Assembly (NCBI GenBank): GCA_947629255.1
Contig: CANRDF010000002.1
Span: 44-64,043, forward strand
From: an uncultured Bacilli bacterium
GTDB taxonomy: Bacteria > Bacillota_I > Bacilli_A > RF39 > UBA660
Direction: 5' to 3'
DNA length: 64,000 nucleotides
Part shown: positions 26,595 to 37,303 of the stretch, piece after piece
How the letters are laid out: each line of letters opens with the position of its first letter
Position numbering within the stretch: the stretch's first letter is position 1
Position numbers and translations under genes: made by a program
The notes under the pieces: generated by a model
Databases searched by the model: none
What the model saw: the letters and a program-made list of their open reading frames with translations, nothing else
Told to the model about the DNA's origin: nothing

Positions 26595-27707
26595 TTATAA
26601 CACCTCATCTAAATCATAAACAGTATTAATCTTACCCGATAACACACTAATAAAAGTAGGATTCTCACTAAACTTCTTAATGACTGTTGGTCTTGAATCA
26701 TCAATTTCACTAGCAAGTAAAATTGGTTTCATGGAATATAAGGAGCCAACATATTGAAATCCAAATTCGTCTTTTAAATATTTCTTAGCTAAATTCGACA
26801 TATAAGGCCAAGCACTTTCTGGCTTTGCTTTACAGTTATTACAATTTCCAAGTTGTTTTGGAGAACAGAATTTAGAATTTACTTCTTTTTGACAATCAAA
26901 GGTTGGCAAACTCTCATAAGAAGTTTTATGAGGAGTAAAAGTCACTGATGTTAAAGAATGATATCCTGTTTTTCCAAATGGCATGATAGAAAAGAAAGGT
27001 CCATCCATGACAGTAATTCCCACATTTTTAAACTCTTCCGAAACTGTACATAATATAATTTCACATAATTCATATTTTATTTTAAATTTTTCATAACCAA
27101 GCATCTCTAAAATTTGATTGACACTTCCATAAGTAGCATTTAATACATAACCACTTTGATAAGTCCCTGTATTGGTTTTAATCGAATATACACTTTCTTC
27201 TTTTTTGATATCCGTGATTTCTTCATTAAATTGAATGGTTACATTTTTATATTTTTTAATTTCTTTCAAAAAGTATTCTTTTAATATTTGAGCATCATAA
27301 GTATATTCTTTTGTTAAAAAAGCTCCATCACACATATCTTCTTTAAAATATTTTGACGTTGCGACTTCATCACATTTTATATTGGCATTCTCACAAAACT
27401 TTTGAAATTGCTTTCCATTTGTCCATGAAAAATTTTTACTTGTCGCATATACTTGGTCAAAACTAGAGAGAATGGCAAAATCATAATCTTTATTGAATCT
27501 TTCAAAATAGCCGGCAGATTTAATCGCAGTAGAAAAACTTCTAGGATAATGATAACCCATATGAACTCTAGCTTGATTTATATAGGTTGCTCTCATAAAT
27601 GCTTCACTTTCTTTTTCAATTACTAAGATACTTTCTCCTTTTTTACCACAATAGAGAGCAGCATATAATCCATAAATTCCAGCTCCTATAATAATTTTAT
27701 CGTACAT
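26595..27707 (-). CDS. FAD-dependent oxidoreductase (DAO-type)
   Basis: 370 aa with N-terminal dinucleotide-binding motif IIIGAGIYGLYAALY. Confidence 0.75.
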   Translation of the reverse strand: MYDKIIIGAGIYGLYAALYCGKKGESILVIEKESEAFMRATYINQARVHMGYHYPRSFSTAIKSAGYFERFNKDYDFAILSSFDQVYATSKNFSWTNGKQFQKFCENANIKCDEVATSKYFKEDMCDGAFLTKEYTYDAQILKEYFLKEIKKYKNVTIQFNEEITDIKKEESVYSIKTNTGTYQSGYVLNATYGSVNQILEMLGYEKFKIKYELCEIILCTVSEEFKNVGITVMDGPFFSIMPFGKTGYHSLTSVTFTPHKTSYESLPTFDCQKEVNSKFCSPKQLGNCNNCKAKPESAWPYMSNLAKKYLKDEFGFQYVGSLYSMKPILLASEIDDSRPTVIKKFSENPTFISVLSGKINTVYDLDEVL

Positions 27708-27711
27708 ATTT

Positions 27712-28542
27712 TCACTTCTTTCTTTCTAGTTTTGGTTCCTCTTTCACGTCATATTTATGCATTAAATTTTGAAATAAAATTTTTAATAATTCTGAATTTC
27801 CTTTCCAAGGACTTATCTTTGTAGGAGTTTTTCCTTCACTAGGATATTCTCTTTTAACTGGTATTTCACAAGTTTTCATTTTTAATTGATCTGCTTTGAC
27901 AGATAAATAAGCAAGTAATTCATAAGTCATAAAAATATCTCTTAAAGGTTTTACATTTTCATCTTCTAAATATTTTTTAGAGTATGCTCGATATGCATTA
28001 GTTGTATCTGTATACCATTTATGAGCAGTAAGAGAAATAATCGGAGCATGAATAAAACGAACTGAAAAATATCTTAAAGGTGGGGTATTTATTGCCTCTC
28101 CTCCTTTAATAAAACGAGAGCCTTGAACAAAATCATATCCTTCTTCTAATTTTTCGACAAATTTTGGAACGTCTTCAATACTATCTTTGTTATTTCCATC
28201 TACAGTAATAACTCCTTCATATCCACGATTTAAAGCCCACCAAAATCCCATACGAAGTTGAGCTCCTTGTTTTCCACTATCTTTTTTAACCAGTAATGTA
28301 TTTACATCTAAAGATTTTAGTAGTTTATCATCCGTACAACCATCTGTAGAATCTGCATCACATATAATAATGTCTACATAATCAGAAACATGAGCCTTTT
28401 GAGCTCTTTTTAATTCTTTTTGAATTCTTTCTCCCTCATTGATAATAGGAATACATAAACAATATTTTTTACTTTTCTTTTGATATTCTTTACTTACAAA
28501 ATTTGGAACTCCCTCAATATTTTTATATTCCATCTTCTTCAC
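27712..28542 (-). CDS. GT2 family glycosyltransferase (Dpm1-like)
   Basis: 276 aa with motifs CIPIINEGERI, ICDADSTDG and VDGNNKD. Confidence 0.8.
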   Translation of the reverse strand: MKKMEYKNIEGVPNFVSKEYQKKSKKYCLCIPIINEGERIQKELKRAQKAHVSDYVDIIICDADSTDGCTDDKLLKSLDVNTLLVKKDSGKQGAQLRMGFWWALNRGYEGVITVDGNNKDSIEDVPKFVEKLEEGYDFVQGSRFIKGGEAINTPPLRYFSVRFIHAPIISLTAHKWYTDTTNAYRAYSKKYLEDENVKPLRDIFMTYELLAYLSVKADQLKMKTCEIPVKREYPSEGKTPTKISPWKGNSELLKILFQNLMHKYDVKEEPKLERKK

Positions 28543-29320
28543 CTACTAACTCTTTGACATATTGCATTACTTTTTTGATTGTTTCTAAATCTGTTTGTTT
28601 CATTTCTATAGAAAGATAATAAGGATAGTTTAATTGTTTTAATAATTCTGTTAATTTCTTATGTATTTCTCTTTTTTCTATAGGAACTAAATTTGGTTCA
28701 CTGATATGAATGTGATGAATAAAAGAAATATTGTCACTTAATAAATTGATATCTTCTTCATTTTGAATCACAGTACCTAAATCATAATTTATTTTTATAC
28801 TTGGCATATTGACTTTTTTCACAAATTCAATAGCTTCCATAGTCGTATTTAAAAAATTAGTATTATATATAGTTGGATTTGGTTCAATAGCTATAATAAC
28901 ATCTTTTTCTAAAGCATACTTTCCAATTTCTTGAAAAAACGAAATGGCAATTGGTTCATCAATATCTTTATCATTCATATTACGATTCTTTGGACTTCCA
29001 AATACTAAATTTTTACATCCCATGACGACTGCAAAATCAATAGCTTCTTTCGTATATTCAATAAGAATTCGACGATTTTCTTCGGATTCAAAAATATTTT
29101 CCGTCTTTCCAAACCAAATGGATTGCATAGAAGAAACTTGAATATTTTTTTGATCTAATTTATCTTTATATTCTTTTGCTTTCTCTAGATTTTGATAAGG
29201 AGCTTCAGGAACAATTTTAGTTGGAGCAATTTCTAAATCAAAATTATTTTCTTGTAAAAATTTTAGCATTTCTTCATCATACATGATATCCCATGCTATA
29301 TTGGAAATGGAAACTTTCAT
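28523..29320 (-). CDS. sugar phosphate isomerase/epimerase (xylose-isomerase-like TIM barrel)
   Basis: 265 aa with a pattern typical of the AP endonuclease 2/xylose-isomerase fold (..NLVFGSPKNR.., ..IAIEPNP.., ..IHISEPN..). Confidence 0.7.
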   Translation of the reverse strand: MKVSISNIAWDIMYDEEMLKFLQENNFDLEIAPTKIVPEAPYQNLEKAKEYKDKLDQKNIQVSSMQSIWFGKTENIFESEENRRILIEYTKEAIDFAVVMGCKNLVFGSPKNRNMNDKDIDEPIAISFFQEIGKYALEKDVIIAIEPNPTIYNTNFLNTTMEAIEFVKKVNMPSIKINYDLGTVIQNEEDINLLSDNISFIHHIHISEPNLVPIEKREIHKKLTELLKQLNYPYYLSIEMKQTDLETIKKVMQYVKELVGEEDGI

Positions 29321-30255
29321 TTTCTCACCAATCTTCTTTCTTCTTCTTTCACAAATTCTTTCAAATCTTCTAATACATATTCTTTAGAATAAATATATCC
29401 ATTTTGTCCATTTAACATCGTATCATATTTCGTTTTATAATTGTAATTTGGAATTTTATTGGCAATCTCATTTTGAAAAGGTTCTCCATAAATAGATTCA
29501 TAAATTTCAGAAATAGTAACAGGTTCTGTTGCTAAATGTAAAATAGGAATATGATTTTCTAAAGCAAATGTAATATGTTCCCATAAATGTTTTAAATTAT
29601 AAAATTGAAAACTTCCGCGACTATCTGTAAAATTAAGAGCTGAAAAATTTAAAGATTGGAAAATTTGCTTTAATTCTTCTCTTTCATTTCCTTCTAATTC
29701 TTTACATTTATAAAAACCATTCTCTTGTTTTTCATAGTATGAAGAAAGCTTATTTTCTTTTTGATAGAGTTCTAAATACTTTTCTTCTTTTAATAAACTT
29801 GGAATATAATGAATTAAATCATAAATAAAGTTTTTCTTAATATTTTTTCCATAAAGTCCAGGAAGTCTTACAATTAAATAATCTTCAAAATGATTCATCA
29901 CCCATTCTTCTAAATATCTTCTGTTTTTTCCATAAGCTTCTTTACTCGTCTCAAAACTTGAATCTTCATTTTTTTCATTTGGATTATCAAACACATCAAT
30001 AGTAGATATTAAAACAATTCTTTTTGGATTAATCTTTTCAATATTTTGAATGGCTCCTTTTATAATTTCAAAATCTGCATCGGGATCTTTATTTGCTAAA
30101 AATTTTTGAGCTGGTACTCCAGAATATACTAAAAGTTCAGGACACTTTCCATAAGCTTCCGTAATATTATGAGAAGCATATAATCCTTCAAACTTTGTTT
30201 GTTCACATAAATTAGATCCAACAAATCCAGTATACCCAACTAACATTTTTTCCAT
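29317..30255 (-). CDS. NAD-dependent epimerase/dehydratase family protein
   Basis: GYTGFVGSN Rossmann motif. Start placed at ATG 30255 (MEKMLVGY), preceded by AAGGAG; the ORF track extends to 30288. Confidence 0.75.
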   Translation of the reverse strand: MEKMLVGYTGFVGSNLCEQTKFEGLYASHNITEAYGKCPELLVYSGVPAQKFLANKDPDADFEIIKGAIQNIEKINPKRIVLISTIDVFDNPNEKNEDSSFETSKEAYGKNRRYLEEWVMNHFEDYLIVRLPGLYGKNIKKNFIYDLIHYIPSLLKEEKYLELYQKENKLSSYYEKQENGFYKCKELEGNEREELKQIFQSLNFSALNFTDSRGSFQFYNLKHLWEHITFALENHIPILHLATEPVTISEIYESIYGEPFQNEIANKIPNYNYKTKYDTMLNGQNGYIYSKEYVLEDLKEFVKEEERRLVRK

Positions 30256-30511
30256 ACTCACTCCTTCTTCCTTTTTATGAATCTTCATTATTGACTATAA
30301 AATATACAACATTAATATTTTTTATACCATCAACATTTTTTTAAAATTAAATCTAACAAAATAGATATTAAGCTTCTTAATTTAATAATATGATTTATAT
30401 TCTCTTGCGACAATAAATTATTTCTATAATCCTGGAAGGATTTACGTGCTCAAGCGCTGGTCCTAAACTCTGTCAAAAATATTCAAAAATTGTTCACTAA
30501 ATAGTTACTTT

Positions 30512-31678
30512 TTAATCTCTAGAAAATATATCTCTAGTATATATTTTTTCAGGTATATCTTTCAAATTATTATCTATACGATTTGCTACAATGACATCAC
30601 TTTGATTTTTAAATTTTGCTAAATCATTTATTACACTGCAACCATGAAAGCTTGTTTCTTTTAATGTTGGTTCATATATATTTATTATAAGATTTTCTTT
30701 TTTTAGTTTGTCTATAATCCCTTGTATAGCACTTGATCTGAAGTTATCCGAATTAGTTTTCATAGTTAATCGATAAATGCCAACAACTTTTGGATTTCTT
30801 TTTAAAATCATATTCGTAATATGTTCTTTTCTTGTATCATTAGATTTTACTATAGCTTCTATCATATTATTTGGAACATTCTCATAATTAGCTAGTAATT
30901 GTTTTGTATCTTTTGGAAGACAATAACCGCCATATCCAAAAGATGGATTATTATAATGATTTCCAATTCTTGGATCTAAACAGACACCATCTATAATATC
31001 TTTGGTATTCAATCCTTTTAATTCTGCATATGTATCTAATTCATTAAAATATGCTACTCGAAGTGCCAAATAGGTATTAGCAAATAATTTTACTGCTTCT
31101 GCTTCCGTACTATTCATATATAAAACTGATACGTCCTCTTTTAAAGATGCATTTTTTAAAAGATTTGCAAATATTTTTCCTGATTCTTCTTTTGTCCCAA
31201 TGATTATTCTAGAAGGATATAAGTTATCATAAAGAGCCTTACCTTCTCTTAAAAATTCTGGACTAAAGAAAATATTATCTATTTGGTATTTCTTTTTCAT
31301 AGATTCAATAAATCCTACGGGAATAGTAGATTTTACAACAATAGTTGTAGACACTCCCATATTAACAACTTTTTTAATAATGTCTTCTACACTTGATGTA
31401 TCAAAATAGTTTTTTTCATCATCATAATTTGTTGGTGTACTAATTACTACAAAATTAGCATCTTTAAACGCTTCTTTATAATTTAATGTTGCTGTCAAAT
31501 TTAATTCCTTTTCTTTAAAAAACTTTTCGATTTGCTCATCTTTAATTGGTGAAATACGATTATTAATCATATTTACTTTTTCCTCGATAATATCTAAAGC
31601 AACTACTTCATTATTTTGACTTAGTAATGTTGCTAGAGATAAACCAACATAACCTGTTCCGGCTACTGCAATTTTCAT
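30512..31678 (-). CDS. ugd: UDP-glucose 6-dehydrogenase
   Basis: 388 aa with motifs [22 protein letters not shown] and [10 protein letters not shown]. Confidence 0.9.
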   Translation of the reverse strand: MKIAVAGTGYVGLSLATLLSQNNEVVALDIIEEKVNMINNRISPIKDEQIEKFFKEKELNLTATLNYKEAFKDANFVVISTPTNYDDEKNYFDTSSVEDIIKKVVNMGVSTTIVVKSTIPVGFIESMKKKYQIDNIFFSPEFLREGKALYDNLYPSRIIIGTKEESGKIFANLLKNASLKEDVSVLYMNSTEAEAVKLFANTYLALRVAYFNELDTYAELKGLNTKDIIDGVCLDPRIGNHYNNPSFGYGGYCLPKDTKQLLANYENVPNNMIEAIVKSNDTRKEHITNMILKRNPKVVGIYRLTMKTNSDNFRSSAIQGIIDKLKKENLIINIYEPTLKETSFHGCSVINDLAKFKNQSDVIVANRIDNNLKDIPEKIYTRDIFSRD

Positions 31679-31693
31679 TTTAAATTCCTTCTT

Positions 31694-32548
31694 TCATTTT
31701 GTTATTGTTAATTTACTTCCTAAATATTTTATTGCTGCTTCTGTATGCTTGTATAAGATTCCAGCTGATGGAGAAAATGTTAATTCTCCAAAGTATATTT
31801 TTCCATTAATTTCATATAAATCCACTCTTACAAAATCAAATCCTTTAGATAAATTAGCAGCTATTGTTATCATATTTTTCAAGTTTTTAGGCTTATTATG
31901 TTTTTTGTTACTTCGATATTCTTCTTTTGCATAATTTAAATATTTCCAATCTAAATCATAATAATCCAATCTTACTTTTTTTTCACGTTCTGAACATAAT
32001 AAAATACATTCCACTTTTCCATCAAAGCAATAAAATTTATAATCTAAAGGCATTTCATTTTGACCATCATTTAAATACTCTTCACATATTATTCTTGGCT
32101 TAATATAAGAATAATGATATTCCAAATATTGCTCTGCAAAATTTTTTTTCAATGATTCATTTAACTCGTACTTACAAGTTTCTATATCAAAATTTTTTTT
32201 GTTTTTACAAATATAAACTTTCCCACTTCCATGATTAGTTTTTAAAACAAATGCATTCGGCAACTTATCGAAACAAATATCATTTGCATTGTCATATACT
32301 CCATAAATTTTAGGTAGAAGTTTCTCATATCCTTTGCTTTTAATAAACTCCCTAACCATATATTTATCTGTTAAAAGCCCATATTCTTCATTATATTTAT
32401 GTATTATTAAATAATGTATTTTTTCTTCCAATGTTATAGGGTTAGATAGATTTAATTTTTTCCCTGTTAATCTATAATACAATATTTTGTGAGCTAATGA
32501 CTTGGGTAAAATCATTAGTAGTTTATGATATATTCTTTTTAAATACAT
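31694..32548 (-). CDS. TupA-like ATP-grasp protein
   Basis: 284 aa. N-terminus (..LNLSNPITLEEKIHYLIIHKYN...DKYMVREFI..) and C-terminus (..VRVDLYEINGKIYFGELTFSP..) match the ATPgrasp_TupA pattern from memory. Confidence 0.65.
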   Translation of the reverse strand: MYLKRIYHKLLMILPKSLAHKILYYRLTGKKLNLSNPITLEEKIHYLIIHKYNEEYGLLTDKYMVREFIKSKGYEKLLPKIYGVYDNANDICFDKLPNAFVLKTNHGSGKVYICKNKKNFDIETCKYELNESLKKNFAEQYLEYHYSYIKPRIICEEYLNDGQNEMPLDYKFYCFDGKVECILLCSEREKKVRLDYYDLDWKYLNYAKEEYRSNKKHNKPKNLKNMITIAANLSKGFDFVRVDLYEINGKIYFGELTFSPSAGILYKHTEAAIKYLGSKLTITK

Positions 32549-32576
32549 ATTACTTTTCCTTTCATCACTATAAAAA

Positions 32577-33746
32577 TTATTTCAAAATTTTTTTCCATTG
32601 TTTTAGAATTTTTTTGTCGTTAAAGACCACTGTATTTTTATGGGCTTCTTCACTCATATGGCACCTTAATGCTCTATCACGTTCCAATTTTAACATTTCT
32701 TTTGCAAATTTTTCTATATCAAACTGTGGAACTAATATTGCAGATTCATATCCTTTTGTTACTTCAATAAAATTATTTATATCGAATGCAATAATAGGAA
32801 GTCCAAATTGTAAAGCTTCGTTAAAAGTCATGCTGCATCCTTCCCAACGTGAAGAAACTAATAATGCACTTGATTTTTCTAAATATTCTTGAATATTTTC
32901 TGTAAATTCATGAATAATAATATCATTTTCTAATTTTTTTTCTTTAATTGCTAATATAATATTTTCTCTTTCTTCTCCTTCTCCTACAACATCTAACTTC
33001 CAAGTTCCTCCCATTTCTTTATATTTTTTATAAGCTTCAATTAACATATCGTATCCTTTAATTTTACTAAATCTTCCATATGATAAAAAAATATGTTTAT
33101 CAATATCACACATTCCGTTTTCTCGAAAACTTCCCGGATTAAATATATGTGTACATTTAATAGGGTATCTTTTTTCAATATTTTCTTTGTCTAAATTCAT
33201 TAGAACTACATATGAATTAAAGTTTGAACATAAATTATAAAACATTCTTTTTTCATTATAAAATCTTCTGCCTTTTGTTTCAAAATAAGCATAATAATTA
33301 TTATGTTGCCAACCAATAACTTTCGTATTAATAAATTTTGCAATACTCGCGGCTACTATACTATAGTAACTTGCAACACCTATTATATAATCATATTTTT
33401 CCTCGTTTATATGATTAATCAGTCTTTTTTTATAAGAAGATAAAGAATACATTTTTTCATTTAATTTTGGAAAACAAGATAATATTCCAATTCGGGCATT
33501 CATATCTAAAATTTTTCGCTTCAATTTTCGACAAACCTTTTCTGTAAAATTAACACATTCAGGCAAAAAATGTATTTTTACATTTTTATTTAAGTCATAT
33601 AATGATAGATCAATTTTTGTGTTTTCAGAGCAAATGATACTGACATCATAATTTTGGCTCGTTAATAAATTAGCTACTACACTCACTACTCTTTGCTCTC
33701 CCCCATAAGTAAATGGACTTGCCATAAAAAACGCTACTTTTTTCAT
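32577..33746 (-). CDS. GT4 family glycosyltransferase
   Basis: GT-B pattern (..GGEQRVV.., ..SSRWEGCSMTFNEALQFGLPIIAFD..). The likely start is MKKVAFFM at 33746; the ORF track starts at 33770. Confidence 0.8.
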   Translation of the reverse strand: MKKVAFFMASPFTYGGEQRVVSVVANLLTSQNYDVSIICSENTKIDLSLYDLNKNVKIHFLPECVNFTEKVCRKLKRKILDMNARIGILSCFPKLNEKMYSLSSYKKRLINHINEEKYDYIIGVASYYSIVAASIAKFINTKVIGWQHNNYYAYFETKGRRFYNEKRMFYNLCSNFNSYVVLMNLDKENIEKRYPIKCTHIFNPGSFRENGMCDIDKHIFLSYGRFSKIKGYDMLIEAYKKYKEMGGTWKLDVVGEGEERENIILAIKEKKLENDIIIHEFTENIQEYLEKSSALLVSSRWEGCSMTFNEALQFGLPIIAFDINNFIEVTKGYESAILVPQFDIEKFAKEMLKLERDRALRCHMSEEAHKNTVVFNDKKILKQWKKILK

Positions 33747-33832
33747 TATAAATAATTTTACACCTCTCATCTAATTAATTTTATCATTTATCAAAAATAT
33801 GTTCAACAAATTTGCGAAAAATAAATAATTTT

Positions 33833-35362
33833 TTATATTTTTTTGTTTAATTTATGTATAATTTGAATCACTAAATTTTTAAAATAAATAAAATTATTAT
33901 TCCGTAAATTAGTTAAAATTAAAATGGCATTTGTTATTATAAATACAAAAAGCATTTTAAATATAAATATCAATAATGTTATTTTAGTAAATATTAAATT
34001 ACTTATAATTGCTATAACCATACAAATAACACTACTACTGAACAGATAAACAAAATATTGCTTAAAATAAGTATTTACTTTTTTATTAAAGCCGTGTTTA
34101 TATAAAACTAATGGCTCTATCCAAATATTAGTCGTAATATTACTAATTGCAGTACCTAAAAATACTCCAAATACCCCAAAATATTTAGAAAGTATTATGG
34201 ATATCACAATATTAATAGTTCCTTCTAATAGTGGTTTGTATCTATCATACCAGTATAATCCCATAGCATCCTTAAATGTTAATACACTTTTTCTCATACC
34301 TGATAAGTAGTAATTAATCACAATAATCAGTACAATATCTACAGAAAATAAGTATTCTTGTCCGACCCAAATAAATATAAAATCATTAAATAATACTAGT
34401 AAACAAATACTTGTCAGTGTATATATATAATAATTAAAGAAAAATACTTTTTCAAAGATATTTACAACTTTTTCCATATTTTCTTTTACTGCTAAATTTC
34501 CTACACTAGAGATAACAGAATCAAAAAATTGAGAAATAATTTTTTTTAAATTATTTGTAATTAAATAATAATTTGAATATAACCCGACTGCAATTAACCC
34601 TACATAGCGTGATATTATAATATTATCTGTGGCATTTATTAAAACAGAACCAACCTTATGCATAAACATTGCTTTAACATTTTTAGTTATTACTTTTTCT
34701 GTTTTCTTATCTAATTTTTCCACATTATGTTCTTTTAAATATGGGTACATTCTATTTACTTTTATGTATAAAATAATATTTTGCAATAATATACCTAATG
34801 TTTGCATCAATAAATAAAGAATATAATTTTTAGTTAAAAACAATATAATTATTTGCATTATATTATATAATACATAAACTGAATAATGATAAATATAATA
34901 AATATATTGTTTTTGATCTGTAATCAATAATGATGTTTTATATGTAAAAAAATAAGGTAATACTGTGTTAATCACAAAAATAATATATATTAAATAAATA
35001 TTATTAATATTTGGCATTTCATTGATAAAAAATTCTAAAAAAGGAATAGCCCCAATTCCTAATATTAGCATTCCAAAGCCAATAAGAAAATATAATTTTT
35101 GGTATAGTTGTATTAATGATTTTATTTTATTTTTATTATTCTCTGCTAACGGCTTATACAAACTGAATGTCATTGCAGGTCCAACCCCAAGTTCAATTAG
35201 AGATAAAATTGCTATAATATTAGAAAAAAGTCCATCTAATCCTAAATATTCAGAAGTTAATACTTTTAAAAATAAATTTCTAGCTATTAGCGCAACAATA
35301 ACACTTACAAATTGTCCTATTAATGCGGCTATCACATTCCGAATTGAATTTTTAGTTCGCAT
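33833..35362 (-). CDS. wzx: polysaccharide flippase (Wzx, MOP superfamily)
   Basis: 509 aa, about 12-14 TM, with the typical N-terminus MRTKNSIRNVIAALIGQFVSVIV. Confidence 0.8.
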   Translation of the reverse strand: MRTKNSIRNVIAALIGQFVSVIVALIARNLFLKVLTSEYLGLDGLFSNIIAILSLIELGVGPAMTFSLYKPLAENNKNKIKSLIQLYQKLYFLIGFGMLILGIGAIPFLEFFINEMPNINNIYLIYIIFVINTVLPYFFTYKTSLLITDQKQYIYYIYHYSVYVLYNIMQIIILFLTKNYILYLLMQTLGILLQNIILYIKVNRMYPYLKEHNVEKLDKKTEKVITKNVKAMFMHKVGSVLINATDNIIISRYVGLIAVGLYSNYYLITNNLKKIISQFFDSVISSVGNLAVKENMEKVVNIFEKVFFFNYYIYTLTSICLLVLFNDFIFIWVGQEYLFSVDIVLIIVINYYLSGMRKSVLTFKDAMGLYWYDRYKPLLEGTINIVISIILSKYFGVFGVFLGTAISNITTNIWIEPLVLYKHGFNKKVNTYFKQYFVYLFSSSVICMVIAIISNLIFTKITLLIFIFKMLFVFIITNAILILTNLRNNNFIYFKNLVIQIIHKLNKKI

Positions 35363-35384
35363 ATAATTTACCTCCTATTCTATT

Positions 35385-36536
35385 CTATAATATAGACTGA
35401 TATAATTTATATATATTATCTGCATTTAATGATGCATTATATTTGTGAGAAGCATACTTTGAAGCTTCTTTAGCAATTAAGTTTGCCTTATCACTGTTTT
35501 CTAAAGCATATTTGATTACTTGAGCTAAATCTTCAAAATTACCTTGCTGATATAGTAATCCTGTTTTACCATCAATTATTAATTCTCTTGTACCAGCAGT
35601 GTTTGCTCCTATTACTAAACATCCGCAAAGCATTGATTCTATAGTCACTCTTCCAAAAGCTTCATTTTTAGAACAAACAAATGAGATGTCTGCCTCTAAC
35701 ATATGACTTTTAACATCTTTACTCATACCAATATAATGAATATATGATTCTAAATGTTTTTCCATAATTAATTGTTCTATTTCTGAAAAATAATTTTCCT
35801 CTTTCATTCCCATAAAATACACTTGAAATTCGTTAATATTTTCTTTTACTAATTTATCAACTGCTAACACTAAATCTTTTTGCCCTTTACCTTCTTGAAT
35901 CGTGCCTACTAAAATAAATTTTTTGATTTTATTTTTTAATATTTTTTTTGTGTGTGGTTTAAATTTTTCAATATCTATTCCGTTATAAATGATAGACATT
36001 TTGTCTTTTGGAAATATTTTAGAAAATTTATTATATATTGACTTAGATATACATATAATTTTATCGGATTTTGAAATTAAATTTATAGCATATTTTTTGA
36101 CTGCAAATTTATTATTTTGGTCTTCTTCTAAGAATTCTCTAATATGCCATATTATTTTTTTTTGCTCTTGTATTGCTGCTATTGCTCCCACATACGAATA
36201 TAATGAATTTATGTGTACTAAATCAATTTCATTTTTTTTAATATATTTTCTAATTTTTTTAATGCTAGCTTTATTTAATATATATTTAACTGTAAATTTA
36301 CAATAGTTAATACATTGTTTTAAAGTTTTAGAATTTTTAGGTATAATCCAAGAATACGTTTTAATTACTTGATATTTTATTTCTTCATTTTTTAGAATTT
36401 CTTCCAAATCTCCATGATTTGGTATAATTGTATATGTATCTATATTCTTATCTTTTAATTTTTTTATTAAATAAATCATGCTTAAGGACGCCCCTGAAAT
36501 ATTACTATCAGTTGCCATTAATAATACTTTTTTCAT
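35385..36536 (-). CDS. GT4 family glycosyltransferase
   Basis: 383 aa with C-terminal EAFGRVTIESMLCGCLVIGANTAGTRELI (E-x7-E region). Confidence 0.85.
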   Translation of the reverse strand: MKKVLLMATDSNISGASLSMIYLIKKLKDKNIDTYTIIPNHGDLEEILKNEEIKYQVIKTYSWIIPKNSKTLKQCINYCKFTVKYILNKASIKKIRKYIKKNEIDLVHINSLYSYVGAIAAIQEQKKIIWHIREFLEEDQNNKFAVKKYAINLISKSDKIICISKSIYNKFSKIFPKDKMSIIYNGIDIEKFKPHTKKILKNKIKKFILVGTIQEGKGQKDLVLAVDKLVKENINEFQVYFMGMKEENYFSEIEQLIMEKHLESYIHYIGMSKDVKSHMLEADISFVCSKNEAFGRVTIESMLCGCLVIGANTAGTRELIIDGKTGLLYQQGNFEDLAQVIKYALENSDKANLIAKEASKYASHKYNASLNADNIYKLYQSIL

Positions 36537-36547
36537 TTAATTCCTCT

Positions 36548-37303
36548 CTATTTCAAAAAAATTTTTACTGTTGTTTTGGCAAAATTTGTTATTTTCTGTT
36601 TACAAAAACTGATATCCGTTTGATATACTGGCAACTCCTTACATCTCAAATTATTATGTAATATCCAAACATTAAAAAGTCGCTCTGAAACAAATCCAAA
36701 AATTCTTTTATTATAGTCATCATAAGAAGATAGATCCACTTTTTTCTCTAAATCAAATAAAATATCAAATAACCACGTACAATATTTGTCTAGAATTTCT
36801 TTCTTGCAAACAAACATATTATATGCATAAAATTCATGCTTATCGAATACTTTATTAAAATCATCAATATATTCTGGATATTTGTTTTGAATAATAGTAT
36901 AACACAAATCTAAATCATTTTTATTATGTATTTTATAGTATTGCTCTTTTAAGTTATACTTAAGTATAATATTTTTTTTAGGAAGAATTATATCATTATT
37001 TTTTAAACATTTAATGACATATTTTTCAGATAGAAGTTTTTTAAATCCTAATAATTCTTTTTCAAAAAAATATCTTCTATAATGAACGAAACCAATTATA
37101 GATGCGTCACTATTTTTCCAAATCCAATATAATCCGGTTAGTTCACAAAAATTGGGATTTTTACTAGAAATATTATTCTCTGTATTGTCAAACTCTTTAG
37201 CAGATTTTATCTTTTTATTTAAATCTGTGCCAACTTGTAAAGGTATATATAATGGGTTTTTTGGAAAATTATAATCCTTATGAGTGATAATATAAATTTT
37301 CAT
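36548..37303 (-). CDS. DUF4422-domain putative glycosyltransferase
   Basis: 251 aa with motifs MKIYIITHKDYNFP, CELTGLYWIWKN and HYRRYF. Confidence 0.65.
   Translation of the reverse strand: MKIYIITHKDYNFPKNPLYIPLQVGTDLNKKIKSAKEFDNTENNISSKNPNFCELTGLYWIWKNSDASIIGFVHYRRYFFEKELLGFKKLLSEKYVIKCLKNNDIILPKKNIILKYNLKEQYYKIHNKNDLDLCYTIIQNKYPEYIDDFNKVFDKHEFYAYNMFVCKKEILDKYCTWLFDILFDLEKKVDLSSYDDYNKRIFGFVSERLFNVWILHNNLRCKELPVYQTDISFCKQKITNFAKTTVKIFLK

Noticed and set aside
30289-30511. Slightly GC-richer stretch (CCTGGAAGGATTTACGTGCTCAAGCGCTGGTCC) in the gap before ugd, considered as a possible small RNA or element remnant.
   Set aside because: I could not see a convincing hairpin, repeat, promoter/terminator pair or homology to anything else in the window.
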